Below, piece by piece: positions 44,566 through 54,956 of a stretch of DNA of 64,000 nucleotides. Below the pieces are notes generated by a model. It saw only the letters and a list, made by a program, of their open reading frames with translations. It searched no databases and was not told where the DNA came from. Source of the DNA: a virus; the IMG/VR virus record IMGVR_UViG_3300032516_000009, positions 46,923 through 110,922 of that record, one strand, 5' to 3'. A program made the translations under genes and the position numbers. How positions within the stretch are numbered: position 1 is the first letter of the stretch; each line of letters begins with the position of its first letter.

Positions 44566-45750
44566 ATGACAACTATTGACGATATAAAATGGGTACCATT
44601 CGATAAATTTGAAGGGCCAATGTATTTAGGTCAATATAGATATAAACTCCCGGATAATCCAGATTTTCTAGACAAAGCTCTCTACGTTTTTTCTCACGTT
44701 GAATCTGGCAGGTACGATGCCATAAACATGTATGATAAATGCATTGTTTCATTAGGTTTGATTCAAAGATGTGAAGCTGCACCGATTTTTGGCACAAGTG
44801 AAATGTTGAGCAAATGTGCTAAAATTAACCCAGATGAATTTAATAAATGCATAGATCTTATGCCCGCCCATCCAGTTTTTCAGGAGACAAAACTCGGGTG
44901 GAGATTTTTCCAAGATGGGAATGAAGTAAATAACAGGTCAGCTCAACAAAAGCTATTTTTGAGCACTAATGGACTACGCGAGAATTGGAATGATGAATCG
45001 AAAGAATATGCAAAGGCCACAGCCGTCGCTTTATGTTCGATATATAACAATGAATCATTTAGAAGTATTCAAATGGAATATGCAAAATCTCTACTAATGA
45101 AATTCGTATATAAAAATGCACAGGATGCGTTATTCACAAGAACGGATGAAGACGGATTGTGGGGAGCACTAAAAGCTGCTTATATTTCGTTTGCGGGGAA
45201 TTCACCATCCATGGCCAATAACTGTGTGCGATCCATAATGGAAAATGGCGTATGGAATTTGATGGACGATAGAGATAAATGTATCGCTGTGTTACAATCT
45301 CTTGTATTTGATTCAGAAATATCAATTTGGCCAATTCGATACAACGACATACGAGGCCCACTCGAGAATTTATTTAATGTTGATCTGCCAGATTTTGCTA
45401 GTGAGCTCAAACAATGGAATGATAATTATAAGTATGGACGAACTGTACATGAAGTCCAAGCAGGACTCCAGTATTTAGGATACGATATCGGCCCCGAAGG
45501 AGTGAATGGGAAGATCACTCGTGGAACCAGTGCAGCTATTGCTGAATTTAAAAGGGATCAGCATCTAACTCCGGATAATATATTGGATATAGTTACAGTT
45601 GAATTGTTACACCAGATGGTAGAATCGCTAGATTCTATAGCGGCGGGAAGGTTGATAGATTTATCCAATGCTGTGATGAACGGAAAAGATGATATAGTGG
45701 CAATACTAGACGATATTACAAATCGGCAAAAGAAATCTCCGGAAGCCTGA
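44566..45750 (+). CDS. Putative endolysin with a peptidoglycan-binding domain
   Basis: ES..YDAINMYD..VSLGLIQ lysozyme-like N-terminus; VQAGLQYLGY..GVNG..TSAAIAEFKRDQHL PG_binding_1 motif. Confidence 0.7.
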   Translation: MTTIDDIKWVPFDKFEGPMYLGQYRYKLPDNPDFLDKALYVFSHVESGRYDAINMYDKCIVSLGLIQRCEAAPIFGTSEMLSKCAKINPDEFNKCIDLMPAHPVFQETKLGWRFFQDGNEVNNRSAQQKLFLSTNGLRENWNDESKEYAKATAVALCSIYNNESFRSIQMEYAKSLLMKFVYKNAQDALFTRTDEDGLWGALKAAYISFAGNSPSMANNCVRSIMENGVWNLMDDRDKCIAVLQSLVFDSEISIWPIRYNDIRGPLENLFNVDLPDFASELKQWNDNYKYGRTVHEVQAGLQYLGYDIGPEGVNGKITRGTSAAIAEFKRDQHLTPDNILDIVTVELLHQMVESLDSIAAGRLIDLSNAVMNGKDDIVAILDDITNRQKKSPEA

Positions 45751-46264
45751 TGGGCTTCGCATTTTTTTCCTCTTCATCCTTGATGATTTGACGAAGAGTC
45801 TTTTGCAAGGCGTCTATGGCCTTTTGAAAACTATCAACCGTGGATAATATGATATCCTTATCTTGAGTTTTACTCCAATTGTCTATATGTGTTTGCCCCT
45901 TTTCGATAGCGTCTATTAGTGCATCCGATAGATATGCAGGCCCAACCGGGATGCATGTTGAATTGATTAATTCTAAAAATATCCAATTGCTTCTAGAAGA
46001 CCCATCATATGGAGCATGATAATAGCTGCGAATCCCGTCTACTAACCCGGTCTTCTTATTCCTGGTTTTACCAATTCGAGTCTGGCCACTAACTCTAACC
46101 CAATCCCCGATAGACACCTTGCCCGACATTTCAAGTCTGTAGCCCGATATTTCAAGTCTGTAGGCCACCTTGGATGTATAGCATTCTACGGTTGGAAATT
46201 TACCCTGTTTATTCAGATAACAAACTCGACCGAATACTGGCGGAATATCTACTGTAATCAGCAT
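45716..46264 (-). CDS. Hypothetical protein
   Basis: 182-aa ORF. Confidence 0.6.
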   Translation of the reverse strand: MLITVDIPPVFGRVCYLNKQGKFPTVECYTSKVAYRLEISGYRLEMSGKVSIGDWVRVSGQTRIGKTRNKKTGLVDGIRSYYHAPYDGSSRSNWIFLELINSTCIPVGPAYLSDALIDAIEKGQTHIDNWSKTQDKDIILSTVDSFQKAIDALQKTLRQIIKDEEEKNAKPIRLPEISFADL

Positions 46265-46345
46265 TCAATTAACTTACATTGAGAAGAATATTTACACAAA
46301 CAGTTCAAAAAGCTTGCTAATCACATTCTATTTTCCTATAATTGT

Positions 46346-46579
46346 ATGGATATTCTATGGGATCCGGAAATTGCTATATGCACTGAATGTGGTAATAGAC
46401 GCGTTGTCAGAAGATATACTTCTGATAATTTGCACAGAATCTTCTGCTATACATGCTGGCATAAAATGCAAAAAGATATGGAATTAGATGATTCAGAATG
46501 GACTGAGCGTAGTTGTATAGTCATGGAGTGTGAGCAGCAGCATAAAAATGGAACCACACAAGATTATTCCTTCCATTGA
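46346..46579 (+). CDS. Small Zn-finger protein
   Basis: CTECG...CYTC. Confidence 0.5.
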   Translation: MDILWDPEIAICTECGNRRVVRRYTSDNLHRIFCYTCWHKMQKDMELDDSEWTERSCIVMECEQQHKNGTTQDYSFH

Positions 46580-47228
46580 TATTAATGATATACCAATTCT
46601 AAGTTTAGGGGCTAAAGATTATTTTATTAAAGCACATAAATTCGCTTATCACTATTACTATGATGTAATAGAAAAAATAGCATCTACTAGATTTAACCAA
46701 CTCAGTCCAGAATATTTTTTCAGAGAATATATTTGGGTAGTCTATACTTCCGGATTTTCGGCTAAAGCTGTTAGTAGATTCTATGATAAATTAACTACAA
46801 CTTATGGTAACTATTCCGAATTGAGTAAAGAATCACTAGATTCAATTATGCCTAGAATTAAACCTATATGCAATAATAAACAAAAAGCGAATTCAGTATT
46901 TAGAACTTCCAAAATCTTGAATGATGCAATTGCTAAATTTGGTTGGGAGACTTATCGAAATAAATATTTATCATCAACATCATCATTGACCAGTTTACCT
47001 CATATTGGACCGATTACTTGTTTTCATCTTGCCCGGAATATTGGATTATTAGATTCAGTAAAACCAGATCTTCACCTGGTTAGAGCAGCTAAATATTGGG
47101 GGTATAGCAATTGCGAAGAAATGTGCAAAGATGTTCAACCAGAAGGCATGCCGCTCGGAATCGTAGACTTGATTTTGTGGTATTCATTATCTTCGTTTGG
47201 TTCATCACCGATACAGAAATCTAAATAA
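46548..47228 (+). CDS. HhH-GPD DNA glycosylase-like protein
   Basis: LTSLPHIGPIT...KPDLHLVR. Confidence 0.7.
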   Translation: MEPHKIIPSIDINDIPILSLGAKDYFIKAHKFAYHYYYDVIEKIASTRFNQLSPEYFFREYIWVVYTSGFSAKAVSRFYDKLTTTYGNYSELSKESLDSIMPRIKPICNNKQKANSVFRTSKILNDAIAKFGWETYRNKYLSSTSSLTSLPHIGPITCFHLARNIGLLDSVKPDLHLVRAAKYWGYSNCEEMCKDVQPEGMPLGIVDLILWYSLSSFGSSPIQKSK

Positions 47229-47336
47229 ACTGATTGACCTATTAAATTGTGGTGAAGATATTAACTAACTTAGTATTTTCATCCTCTGCAGATTCGGGTT
47301 CAATAATTATGAAAAGCGGATCTTGAAATATACCCA

Positions 47337-47654
47337 TTATGCTTCGTAACATATTAGACGCTTCTTTTTTGATTTATACTCTTGAGTCATGAGAGCGCTT
47401 ATTAATTGTGCGCGATCTAAAGATATGTCGCATGATTTCAATAATTCAGAACAAATAATGAACTGCACTTGAATAGTATCACATACTGACGACATGTATC
47501 TAGTTGGGATGAATAACTCGAATTCAGCTAATTTCAAAAAAACGTAATCTTTATTCTCGATCTTCCTTTTGGATACTAATACTTGAGAATCATTCACGTA
47601 CGAAGAAAATCCTTCGCGTGACTTCTTGGTTGAATTTAAGACTTTTTCTCTCAT
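47337..47654 (-). CDS. Hypothetical protein
   Basis: GGAGG RBS. Confidence 0.65.
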   Translation of the reverse strand: MREKVLNSTKKSREGFSSYVNDSQVLVSKRKIENKDYVFLKLAEFELFIPTRYMSSVCDTIQVQFIICSELLKSCDISLDRAQLISALMTQEYKSKKKRLICYEA

Positions 47655-47727
47655 ACGAATACCTCCGTATGACGATAATAACCTACACTTAAAATTATAA
47701 ATCAGTCAAATTCTTTTTACAATATTT

Positions 47728-48027
47728 CTATTTTTCTTCAGTTTCTTCGGTCGGCTGATCCACAACATGACTAATCGCATTTTCCATATTATCAATGAAT
47801 TCTTTAAATTCTTTAAACTGTGAGTCCATATAATCTGGAACCCATTGTAAAGAAGATTCAGCGTAAAGACCTCTACTATGCTGACGGGCTAATGCCATTG
47901 CTTCTTTGGCCGTATTCATCAATTCGATCATAGATTCAACGTTTCTTTTGATATTCCCTTCAATAGCTACGCGATTAATCAAATATTTAGCCGCCACTCT
48001 TTTGGCTAAATTCGATATATTTGGCAT
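47728..48027 (-). CDS. Helical protein with LAKRVAA leader
   Basis: 99-aa ORF. Confidence 0.6.
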   Translation of the reverse strand: MPNISNLAKRVAAKYLINRVAIEGNIKRNVESMIELMNTAKEAMALARQHSRGLYAESSLQWVPDYMDSQFKEFKEFIDNMENAISHVVDQPTEETEEK

Positions 48028-48041
48028 ACTTCAATACATTA

Positions 48042-48578
48042 TTAGAGAGATAACACTCCAATATAGTCTAGATTTCTATATTTCTGAGCATAATCCAACC
48101 CATAACCAATGACGAATTTATCATCAATCATAAAACCAAGAAAATCCATTGGCACACGCACCTTCATTCTTGACGGTTTGTGTAGTAAAGAACAAACTTT
48201 TATGCTATTCGGACCTCGAGTTCGAAGCATCTTGATTAGATAATCCATAGTTAATCCAGTATCTATGATATCTTCAATGATTATTACATCCCTATTCTTT
48301 ATTGGTTCGGATAAATCTTTCGTAATTTCAACCACTCCCGATGACTTGGTATCTGCCCCATATGAAGAAGTGCCGAGGAAGTCTACAGTTACAGGTAAAT
48401 CGATGTATCGAATTAAATCAGCTATGAAAATGAAGCTACCCTTTAATATACATATTAAGACCGGGGCCTCTTTCGCCTCTGCATATGCTTTAGTTATTTC
48501 GGCACCAAGTTCTTGCACGCGTGATAATAATTTATCAGTCGGTATCAGGATCTCTATAGTCTTGTCGATAATCTTCAT
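48042..48578 (-). CDS. hpt: Hypoxanthine phosphoribosyltransferase
   Basis: ILKGSFIFIADL, SSYG, IIEDIIDTGLT, FVIGYGLDY. Confidence 0.95.
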   Translation of the reverse strand: MKIIDKTIEILIPTDKLLSRVQELGAEITKAYAEAKEAPVLICILKGSFIFIADLIRYIDLPVTVDFLGTSSYGADTKSSGVVEITKDLSEPIKNRDVIIIEDIIDTGLTMDYLIKMLRTRGPNSIKVCSLLHKPSRMKVRVPMDFLGFMIDDKFVIGYGLDYAQKYRNLDYIGVLSL

Positions 48579-48746
48579 AGTAAACGGTACATTCTTTTCG
48601 AATGTTTGATGCAGCTACTCTTCGACAGCGTCGATTGTACCCACGTTTAGTAGAACGCCGCGCTTTGGTGTGCCAGTGCAGAGATTTGCGCCAGTGAGTG
48701 AGTGCGTCGTACTCGTCGCCTGAGATCATTGGTAGTTCGTGCATAG

Positions 48747-49313
48747 CTAATGTTCCGGATTATCGATGAAATTTGACAGATTTTCAAAGTCTAAGTTATT
48801 ATTCTCTTGATATTCAATCAGTTGTTGTCGATCTTCTTCATCCACAGATTGTGGATCCAAAGCAGCAATTAAACAAAATTCAGATTGACTGATGTTAATT
48901 ATTGACCCCTCTCCCGCCTTAATAACATCCCAAAACGATACCCAAGGCGACCACCCATCTAACTCAGTACTCGGCCCCCATTCATCAACAGAATACGCTG
49001 TCATATGTATTAGCCAAACATTATATTCATCAAAATCCAGAGACGGATCTATAGACTTTCCACATTGTGGACAGAATTTAAAGTCCGGGCTGTTCTTGGA
49101 AAAAGCAGTACAACAGGCAGATTTTTGGTATGCATTATTTGCTTTATATTTTCCATACATTTGCAAAGCTAGGTCTCTAAGTGCATTCTGTGGAGTACTG
49201 AACCCACACTCAGAGACGAACCAGACATGCGCTAATGAACTATCTTCTGAGTACCCGAATCCGAGTACAACACAGGTATACATTCTAGTCTTTCGTCGCG
49301 TAGACATTAACAC
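48747..49313 (-). CDS. Zn-ribbon protein
   Basis: FCPQCG. Confidence 0.6.
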   Translation of the reverse strand: MLMSTRRKTRMYTCVVLGFGYSEDSSLAHVWFVSECGFSTPQNALRDLALQMYGKYKANNAYQKSACCTAFSKNSPDFKFCPQCGKSIDPSLDFDEYNVWLIHMTAYSVDEWGPSTELDGWSPWVSFWDVIKAGEGSIINISQSEFCLIAALDPQSVDEEDRQQLIEYQENNNLDFENLSNFIDNPEH

Positions 49314-49351
49314 TCCTCATCAAGGATTGATTGATCAACTTTACATTTTGA

Positions 49352-49855
49352 ATGAAGATTACCGGTATGGATAACAATAGGTTAATACGCATTGCTATTC
49401 TTTTATCTCAAGTTAGTGGTAGACGCAAATATTTTGTATGTGATTTTGAAGCTGATGAACCTGATTTTTTGATGTATCCATTCAGTTCTAAATCGGCGGC
49501 TAATAAGAAAGCATTAGAAATTATAGCATTATTTAATGATAATACTAAAGATAAATACCGTAAAACACTAGGTTTAGATCCGAATGATGATTTGTCAAAT
49601 ATTAATGTAGAGAGAAAAATTTATTTACCCGTATTTACTATATTTGGAGTTAGTGAAGGTAGTGAAGGAGTGGTAGTTATGTCGGACTTTTCTACTGGGA
49701 TCGAGTTTTATTCGTGGCCAGAATCAAAATCGAGCATACCAGCACATGAACATCCGCATGCGCTCTTCCCAACTACCGGAACTCCAGATGGGGCCGCAGT
49801 AGCTGGAAAAAGGTTACTTCCCAATTTCCTAAAATCTCAGCCGTCTAAGCCGTGA
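49352..49855 (+). CDS. Hypothetical protein with LIRIA leader
   Basis: MDNNRLIRIAILLS resembles the 7801 N-terminus. Confidence 0.6.
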   Translation: MKITGMDNNRLIRIAILLSQVSGRRKYFVCDFEADEPDFLMYPFSSKSAANKKALEIIALFNDNTKDKYRKTLGLDPNDDLSNINVERKIYLPVFTIFGVSEGSEGVVVMSDFSTGIEFYSWPESKSSIPAHEHPHALFPTTGTPDGAAVAGKRLLPNFLKSQPSKP

Positions 49856-49869
49856 TTGTATGATTATAT

Positions 49870-50613
49870 GTGCGTATTATTGAACCATCATTTGAAATAA
49901 TTCAATGTCCAGATGGCGAAGAATGCCTCGCATTTTTAGAAAAATGCGCCAGGACTTGTTATAAAAGCGAAGGTAAGATCGACGAAGGTTTTGGAACATG
50001 TGGGGATTGTGATGGAAGTGGATGGGTTGAAGTAGACATTCATAGGAATAGCCGATGTCCAGCTTGCCAGGGTACTGGTAAATCCGATATTCGAATAAGT
50101 GAACCATCCAGTCATAAGCTCATCAGACGCATTGTTAAAAGCGGCCACGAATCTGTTATTGAGCACATGGTCATCAGTGTGCGATTCATTTTTGATCGTG
50201 GCGTAAGCCATGAGATGGTGCGTCACAGAATAGCCAGTTTCTCGCAAGAATCAACGAGATATTGTAACTATTCCGATGATCGTTTTGGTAACGAACTCAC
50301 CTTTATCCGCCCTTGTTTCTGGCCTGTGGGGTCGGAACTCTACAATGAATGGGTCGAAGATATGGAGTACGCTGAAAGGCGTTATTTATCCAAGATCGAG
50401 AAAGGTGCAAAGCCAGAGGAAGCTCGGTCAATTCTACCTAATAGCTTGAAGACCGAAATCGTCGTTACCGCTAATCTCAGGGAATGGAGATCAGTAATCT
50501 TTACGCAACGATCTTCAAACCCCAAAGCGCATGTACAAATGCGTCAAGTGATGCAACCTCTACATGGAGAATTGTGTAGGCGCATTCCTGTCATATTTGA
50601 TGGGGCTAACTGA
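49870..50613 (+). CDS. thyX: FAD-dependent thymidylate synthase with Zn-finger insertion
   Basis: GHESVIEH, RHRIASFSQESTRY, EEARSILP, NLREW. Confidence 0.95.
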   Translation: MRIIEPSFEIIQCPDGEECLAFLEKCARTCYKSEGKIDEGFGTCGDCDGSGWVEVDIHRNSRCPACQGTGKSDIRISEPSSHKLIRRIVKSGHESVIEHMVISVRFIFDRGVSHEMVRHRIASFSQESTRYCNYSDDRFGNELTFIRPCFWPVGSELYNEWVEDMEYAERRYLSKIEKGAKPEEARSILPNSLKTEIVVTANLREWRSVIFTQRSSNPKAHVQMRQVMQPLHGELCRRIPVIFDGAN

Positions 50614-50879
50614 TGAAGTTACTCTCTCCGGTTTGTTATGATTGTGGACGCGCTCCTAGCGATTATATGGTAAGAGACGTTATATGGAACCAGGCATTTC
50701 CTAATTATCGGGAAGTAAAATCCAAGTTACCGATAGCTCCTGGTTTCAATAAACCCCACGTCTTACTGTGCTTCGATTGTCTAGAAAAGAGATTAGGTAG
50801 AAATTTAAGGAAGAATGATTTTGATCTTGAGATCCCTGTAAATGCCGGTATTAAACTCGGTATTAGATTCTCTTCTTGA
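50613..50879 (+). CDS. Small Zn-finger phage protein
   Basis: CYDC..YMV...LCFDCLEKRLGR. Confidence 0.65.
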   Translation: MKLLSPVCYDCGRAPSDYMVRDVIWNQAFPNYREVKSKLPIAPGFNKPHVLLCFDCLEKRLGRNLRKNDFDLEIPVNAGIKLGIRFSS

Positions 50880-50880
50880 T

Positions 50881-51162
50881 TTATTCTTCCATTATTTTAT
50901 TTACTTTTGCCCAATTAGGCTCGAGTTCAAACTCTGGCCATCCGTATACAGCAATATTGCCTTCCTCATGTTCTACCCAGTAAATATCACCACCGTGACC
51001 AGGAACACAGCCTAGGATCGTACCAGGAGCCCCCGGTTTCCTGGTTTGAATATATTTATCTTTGACAAGCACCCCAGCTTGTTTAATAGGTTTGACATCT
51101 GTATTTGTAATAATGGGAGTGCCGTCCCTTAGAATGGAATTTGGTTCTTTCATATTAGTCAT
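50881..51162 (-). CDS. SH3-like small protein with C-terminal tag
   Basis: VPGHGGDIYWV; ends VNKIMEE. Confidence 0.6.
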   Translation of the reverse strand: MTNMKEPNSILRDGTPIITNTDVKPIKQAGVLVKDKYIQTRKPGAPGTILGCVPGHGGDIYWVEHEEGNIAVYGWPEFELEPNWAKVNKIMEE

Positions 51163-51709
51163 CCATAACCTTCTTCACAATCGATTCTCTCACAATATCA
51201 TCCCAGACACTGATAATATCTTGTTTTCGAATTCCATCGTTAAACGCATTAAATAACCCTTTCTTCAATTCCATCAGAGAATCACTTCTATGTTTCTTGT
51301 TTGCGAATTTATCAATCCGAGAAGTGATAGCTTTCCGTCTAGCGGCTGTTTTGATTTTCTTTTCAATCTGTCGACGGATCTTATCGCTAATATAGGTTAT
51401 CCACATGCGATTTACCGACTCTTTAGCTGGCTTAGATATTATATGCCCTTGCACGAGATATAAAATAGCAAGACCTAATCTAGATAGTTCGCCATCTTTA
51501 GCTTTGCTAGCATTCCTTGGAAAATGAGTAGAAACCCTTCTGATTTTTCCTTCGAGTTCTAAAACATAGATAGCATAAAGACATTTATCATACTGAAGTT
51601 TCAAATGTTGTCTATCGTGATATAATTCAACTATTTTCCAATTTATATGAATAGCGACACTCTGGACCTTAATATTTTTAGCTCGTTCCCCAAACGCATT
51701 AGCATCCAT
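51155..51709 (-). CDS. Hypothetical protein with C-terminal tag
   Basis: Ends IVKKVMDD. Confidence 0.65.
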   Translation of the reverse strand: MDANAFGERAKNIKVQSVAIHINWKIVELYHDRQHLKLQYDKCLYAIYVLELEGKIRRVSTHFPRNASKAKDGELSRLGLAILYLVQGHIISKPAKESVNRMWITYISDKIRRQIEKKIKTAARRKAITSRIDKFANKKHRSDSLMELKKGLFNAFNDGIRKQDIISVWDDIVRESIVKKVMDD

Positions 51710-51726
51710 CTCATGTTATATACACG

Positions 51727-52284
51727 TCATAATTTAGAATTTTCAAGAATTCTAGTTAATACATCCGCGAATTCATTATGATTTCCGGCACGTAATGATT
51801 CAATGACTGAACCTAGTTCGTTCAATTTGATTTCACATGTTTCACTTGTGAATTTATATGGTATAGCAATAGACACCATTACATGATCAGGAGGCAATCT
51901 ATTACATGGCTCAAGCAAACTTGAATGCTTTACCACATCCTGCACCAAAGCCGTAGGCCATTTTTCAGCTTTATCCGGTTTCTTCAGTAAACAAACCCAT
52001 TGATCATCTCGGAGTAACATTATATCTAATACGTCATTGAATGCATCATCCGGCTTGGGAGAAATCGCCCAAGATTCGGCAATCAACCCTTCTTTATAAC
52101 GCCGAATTGGAACTAACATACAAAGTTTTCCATTTGGGAATTCAATGATGTATGATGGTACTTCCAGTTCCCCTATCACATTGAAATGTTCGTTGAAATC
52201 CTGGTGCAATTCTACTTTTATCGGAGAAGATTTAATTAACTTGGCGCCAAGAGCTTCATATAACTCCATAGATGTAATATACAT
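51727..52284 (-). CDS. Hypothetical protein
   Basis: 185-aa ORF. Confidence 0.6.
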   Translation of the reverse strand: MYITSMELYEALGAKLIKSSPIKVELHQDFNEHFNVIGELEVPSYIIEFPNGKLCMLVPIRRYKEGLIAESWAISPKPDDAFNDVLDIMLLRDDQWVCLLKKPDKAEKWPTALVQDVVKHSSLLEPCNRLPPDHVMVSIAIPYKFTSETCEIKLNELGSVIESLRAGNHNEFADVLTRILENSKL

Positions 52285-52291
52285 TTATAAT

Positions 52292-52525
52292 ATGAAACAC
52301 GAATGGGAGCCGATGGGGTCATATGAAACTCTTGGAGGAATTGGGCGTCTGAGTACATGGAAATGCAAGCGATGTGGATTAAAGGTGACTAAAATCGGGC
52401 GTCACATGCCACATGCCGGAACCGAAGTAGAGTATAGCCCGATGGATCATTATGCTTCACTCGGAATCAAGCGAGTGAAAGATGATTGTGACAGAGTAAT
52501 AACGTCTTACGTTATGGAATCATAA
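52292..52525 (+). CDS. HxW-CxxC-C Zn-finger microprotein with C-terminal tag
   Basis: MKHEW...CKRCG...DCDRVITSYVMES. Confidence 0.65.
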   Translation: MKHEWEPMGSYETLGGIGRLSTWKCKRCGLKVTKIGRHMPHAGTEVEYSPMDHYASLGIKRVKDDCDRVITSYVMES

Positions 52526-52526
52526 C

Positions 52527-52886
52527 ATGAATGATAAATTATCAGAATTGGCGGACAAACTCATAGTCCATGAAGTCATGGAAGGATCCGATGAAGAATT
52601 ATACTCCATAATAGATGAATGTGAAGATTACCTATTGGTTATGTTGTGGGATCATGAACCATCATTACCGAATATGCCAGATACGAGTTCCAACAAACAC
52701 GAATGGGTATGTATTAAAGAAAGCGTGAAACAATCTATAGAAATCAATGCGTCATGGCGAGCTTTTACTTATGAATGTAGAAAATGCGGTTCAAAAATAA
52801 TGGTCCCGGCTAGTGAAGATGATCTGAGTTTGTATGGTGCTCCAACCTGTAATGAATGTCTCGTATCTGATGTGATGAATAAATAA
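52527..52886 (+). CDS. HxW-CxxC-C Zn-finger protein with C-terminal tag
   Basis: KHEW...CRKCG...TCNECLVSDVMNK. Confidence 0.65.
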   Translation: MNDKLSELADKLIVHEVMEGSDEELYSIIDECEDYLLVMLWDHEPSLPNMPDTSSNKHEWVCIKESVKQSIEINASWRAFTYECRKCGSKIMVPASEDDLSLYGAPTCNECLVSDVMNK

Positions 52887-53105
52887 CTACGTATCGGTAT
52901 AATCAACATCAACATACGGAATTTTAGCCAATATAGATGCATTGCGTCTTCCACTATCGGTATTGGGAAGACTAATATTAACTATCGGAAGCGGATCATC
53001 CCCATCGATTTTAATATCTAACCGTGAAATCAAATTAATACGTTCTTCATCGACGAATATACGGGTAATGCCGGTGTGATCTATGTAGATTTTTAACTGG
53101 GCCAT
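52887..53105 (-). CDS. Small beta-rich protein
   Basis: Resembles 40211. Confidence 0.6.
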   Translation of the reverse strand: MAQLKIYIDHTGITRIFVDEERINLISRLDIKIDGDDPLPIVNISLPNTDSGRRNASILAKIPYVDVDYTDT

Positions 53106-53245
53106 ACGCCCATGACGTATTACACATCTAACAATTAACGAGACCCGATATTAGATATAATTTGTCTCGTTTTCGTAGCCGTTCATAGTCTGCATGAGCT
53201 ATTCTGAAAAAGATTTTATCTGATAACATCTTGTGCATTGAGCAG

Positions 53246-53836
53246 TCAACGAGACCGGATATGATGCACCCTCGGAATCGATATTAGAGTCTCGATCAAT
53301 TTCCGATTCGCGATCCGTTGATCTTCTGTTAGAGATGCTGACACCCTCTTGTAATACGGATGCTCTAGCCATGAGGAATATGATATACTACCTCTAGCAC
53401 GATTGCAAGCTTTATCCGCAGTTAACAAATTGTCCTCCGTGGTAGGACCCCCCTCTTCCCAACAGATAATATGATCCACCGTTAGTGGTGCGTCATCACG
53501 TCCACAATATCTACACTTGTATTGATCTCGCTTAAACACTTTCCAGGAAATGCTTGCATCGATTTGGCGTTGGCTTTTACGCAAGATGGCTTTGGTTATT
53601 GTGCCGTCGACAGCCTTAACTAGAGTCTCAGTTTCCATGGTATCGGACTGGCGTAGAAATACTTGCCAATCTTCAACATTCATATCTAGCGTTTCAATTG
53701 CTTCTGAGAATATGACTTCACCATCATCCTCTGATGGGAAGAAACATAAATAATGTTTACCATTCCCAGAGTATATCGCACCAGAAATGGTTATAACATT
53801 ACCGATATCAAGGATATTTAATTCTGATAGCTTCAT
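53246..53836 (-). CDS. HNH endonuclease domain protein
   Basis: RDQYKCRYCG...LTVDH...GG...NLLTA..ACN. Confidence 0.85.
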   Translation of the reverse strand: MKLSELNILDIGNVITISGAIYSGNGKHYLCFFPSEDDGEVIFSEAIETLDMNVEDWQVFLRQSDTMETETLVKAVDGTITKAILRKSQRQIDASISWKVFKRDQYKCRYCGRDDAPLTVDHIICWEEGGPTTEDNLLTADKACNRARGSISYSSWLEHPYYKRVSASLTEDQRIANRKLIETLISIPRVHHIRSR

Positions 53837-53868
53837 ACTTCACGTCTTTCTTGATCGACTTACCATGA

Positions 53869-54591
53869 TCAATTTCTATAGCGCGTCTCATTAGCTACAC
53901 GCAAAAATTCCTGTTCATTGGCCTCGAGCATGAGTTTCTGCGCTATCAAATTGTCGGCTTCAGGCATGCGCTGTCTTGGATGTATGCAGTAACTCGATAA
54001 TACATTGCCCTTTTCTTCGACAAGTTTGACGTTACCCGCCCAGCCTTTGTCGATACGATATTTCTTGTTGCCGACATACATATGGAAACGGCCCTTCTCT
54101 TTATATTCTTGGGCCTGTTTCTCATCGAGTAACTGTAGAAGCAACTTCTCAGCCTTAGCGTCCGCCAATTTGCGCTTACGCTCTTCCTCGGCATATAATA
54201 ATTGGCGTTGTTTTTCAGCTTCCGCCCGACGTTGGCGTTCTTCCTCAGATATTCTAGGAGGAACGAGTATGTTATGTGCCTTGACTAGATAATTGTCATT
54301 CCAGGCACTCCAAGTCGCAGTGATGATATTCGATGTAGTTGATGCAGTATAGGATGTGTATATATGATTGCTTGTCGTTGCCGTATATATTTGATTCCAC
54401 TCCGTCCATGTATCCCCGGTGGTGGACGTTAGATAGGCATTGGATGTTGTGGTTGCTGCGGCTGTTATAGGAGTCATAGTAGATGTACCGAAATCCTGAT
54501 TCCATATAATCCAGGTTTGGACTATATTACTATTTCCAGGGACCAATGAACCGACTGTCGTCGATGACGACAGTTCATGTAGGTACATCAT
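53869..54591 (-). CDS. Hypothetical protein (Thr-rich N-terminus, coiled coil, globular C-terminal domain)
   Basis: 240-aa ORF. Confidence 0.65.
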   Translation of the reverse strand: MMYLHELSSSTTVGSLVPGNSNIVQTWIIWNQDFGTSTMTPITAAATTTSNAYLTSTTGDTWTEWNQIYTATTSNHIYTSYTASTTSNIITATWSAWNDNYLVKAHNILVPPRISEEERQRRAEAEKQRQLLYAEEERKRKLADAKAEKLLLQLLDEKQAQEYKEKGRFHMYVGNKKYRIDKGWAGNVKLVEEKGNVLSSYCIHPRQRMPEADNLIAQKLMLEANEQEFLRVANETRYRN

Positions 54592-54608
54592 GTTAAATGG
54601 ATATTATA

Positions 54609-54890
54609 TTACCCGCCCACGATCATTGGAGCCATAATCATGCGCTCGGCATTCGGATCAAATTCTTTCATGATTTCGCCTTTGTCGGCCTTGTCGACAA
54701 CACGGTAGGCGACATAATTTTTAGCTTTCAATTCGTTAAACGTACGGCGAGCGTTCTCGACTTCGACGGTGTTATTCTTATCCCAAATTGTCTTAGTATC
54801 ACCCTGATCACAAAGAATAGCCATCGTGTGATCGGTGGGCTGAATGGGGCGGGTTTGGTCTTGACCGATGTTTCCAATATTAGTATCCAT
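54609..54890 (-). CDS. Small protein ending in GG (possible second Ubl-type protein)
   Basis: AGGAG RBS; ends MIMAPMIVGG. Confidence 0.6.
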   Translation of the reverse strand: MDTNIGNIGQDQTRPIQPTDHTMAILCDQGDTKTIWDKNNTVEVENARRTFNELKAKNYVAYRVVDKADKGEIMKEFDPNAERMIMAPMIVGG

Positions 54891-54956
54891 GTGCGTCTCC
54901 TATTAGTAGAAGTATACATTCGAAAATTCTCATAGACTTGATGTATACTATAGTAG

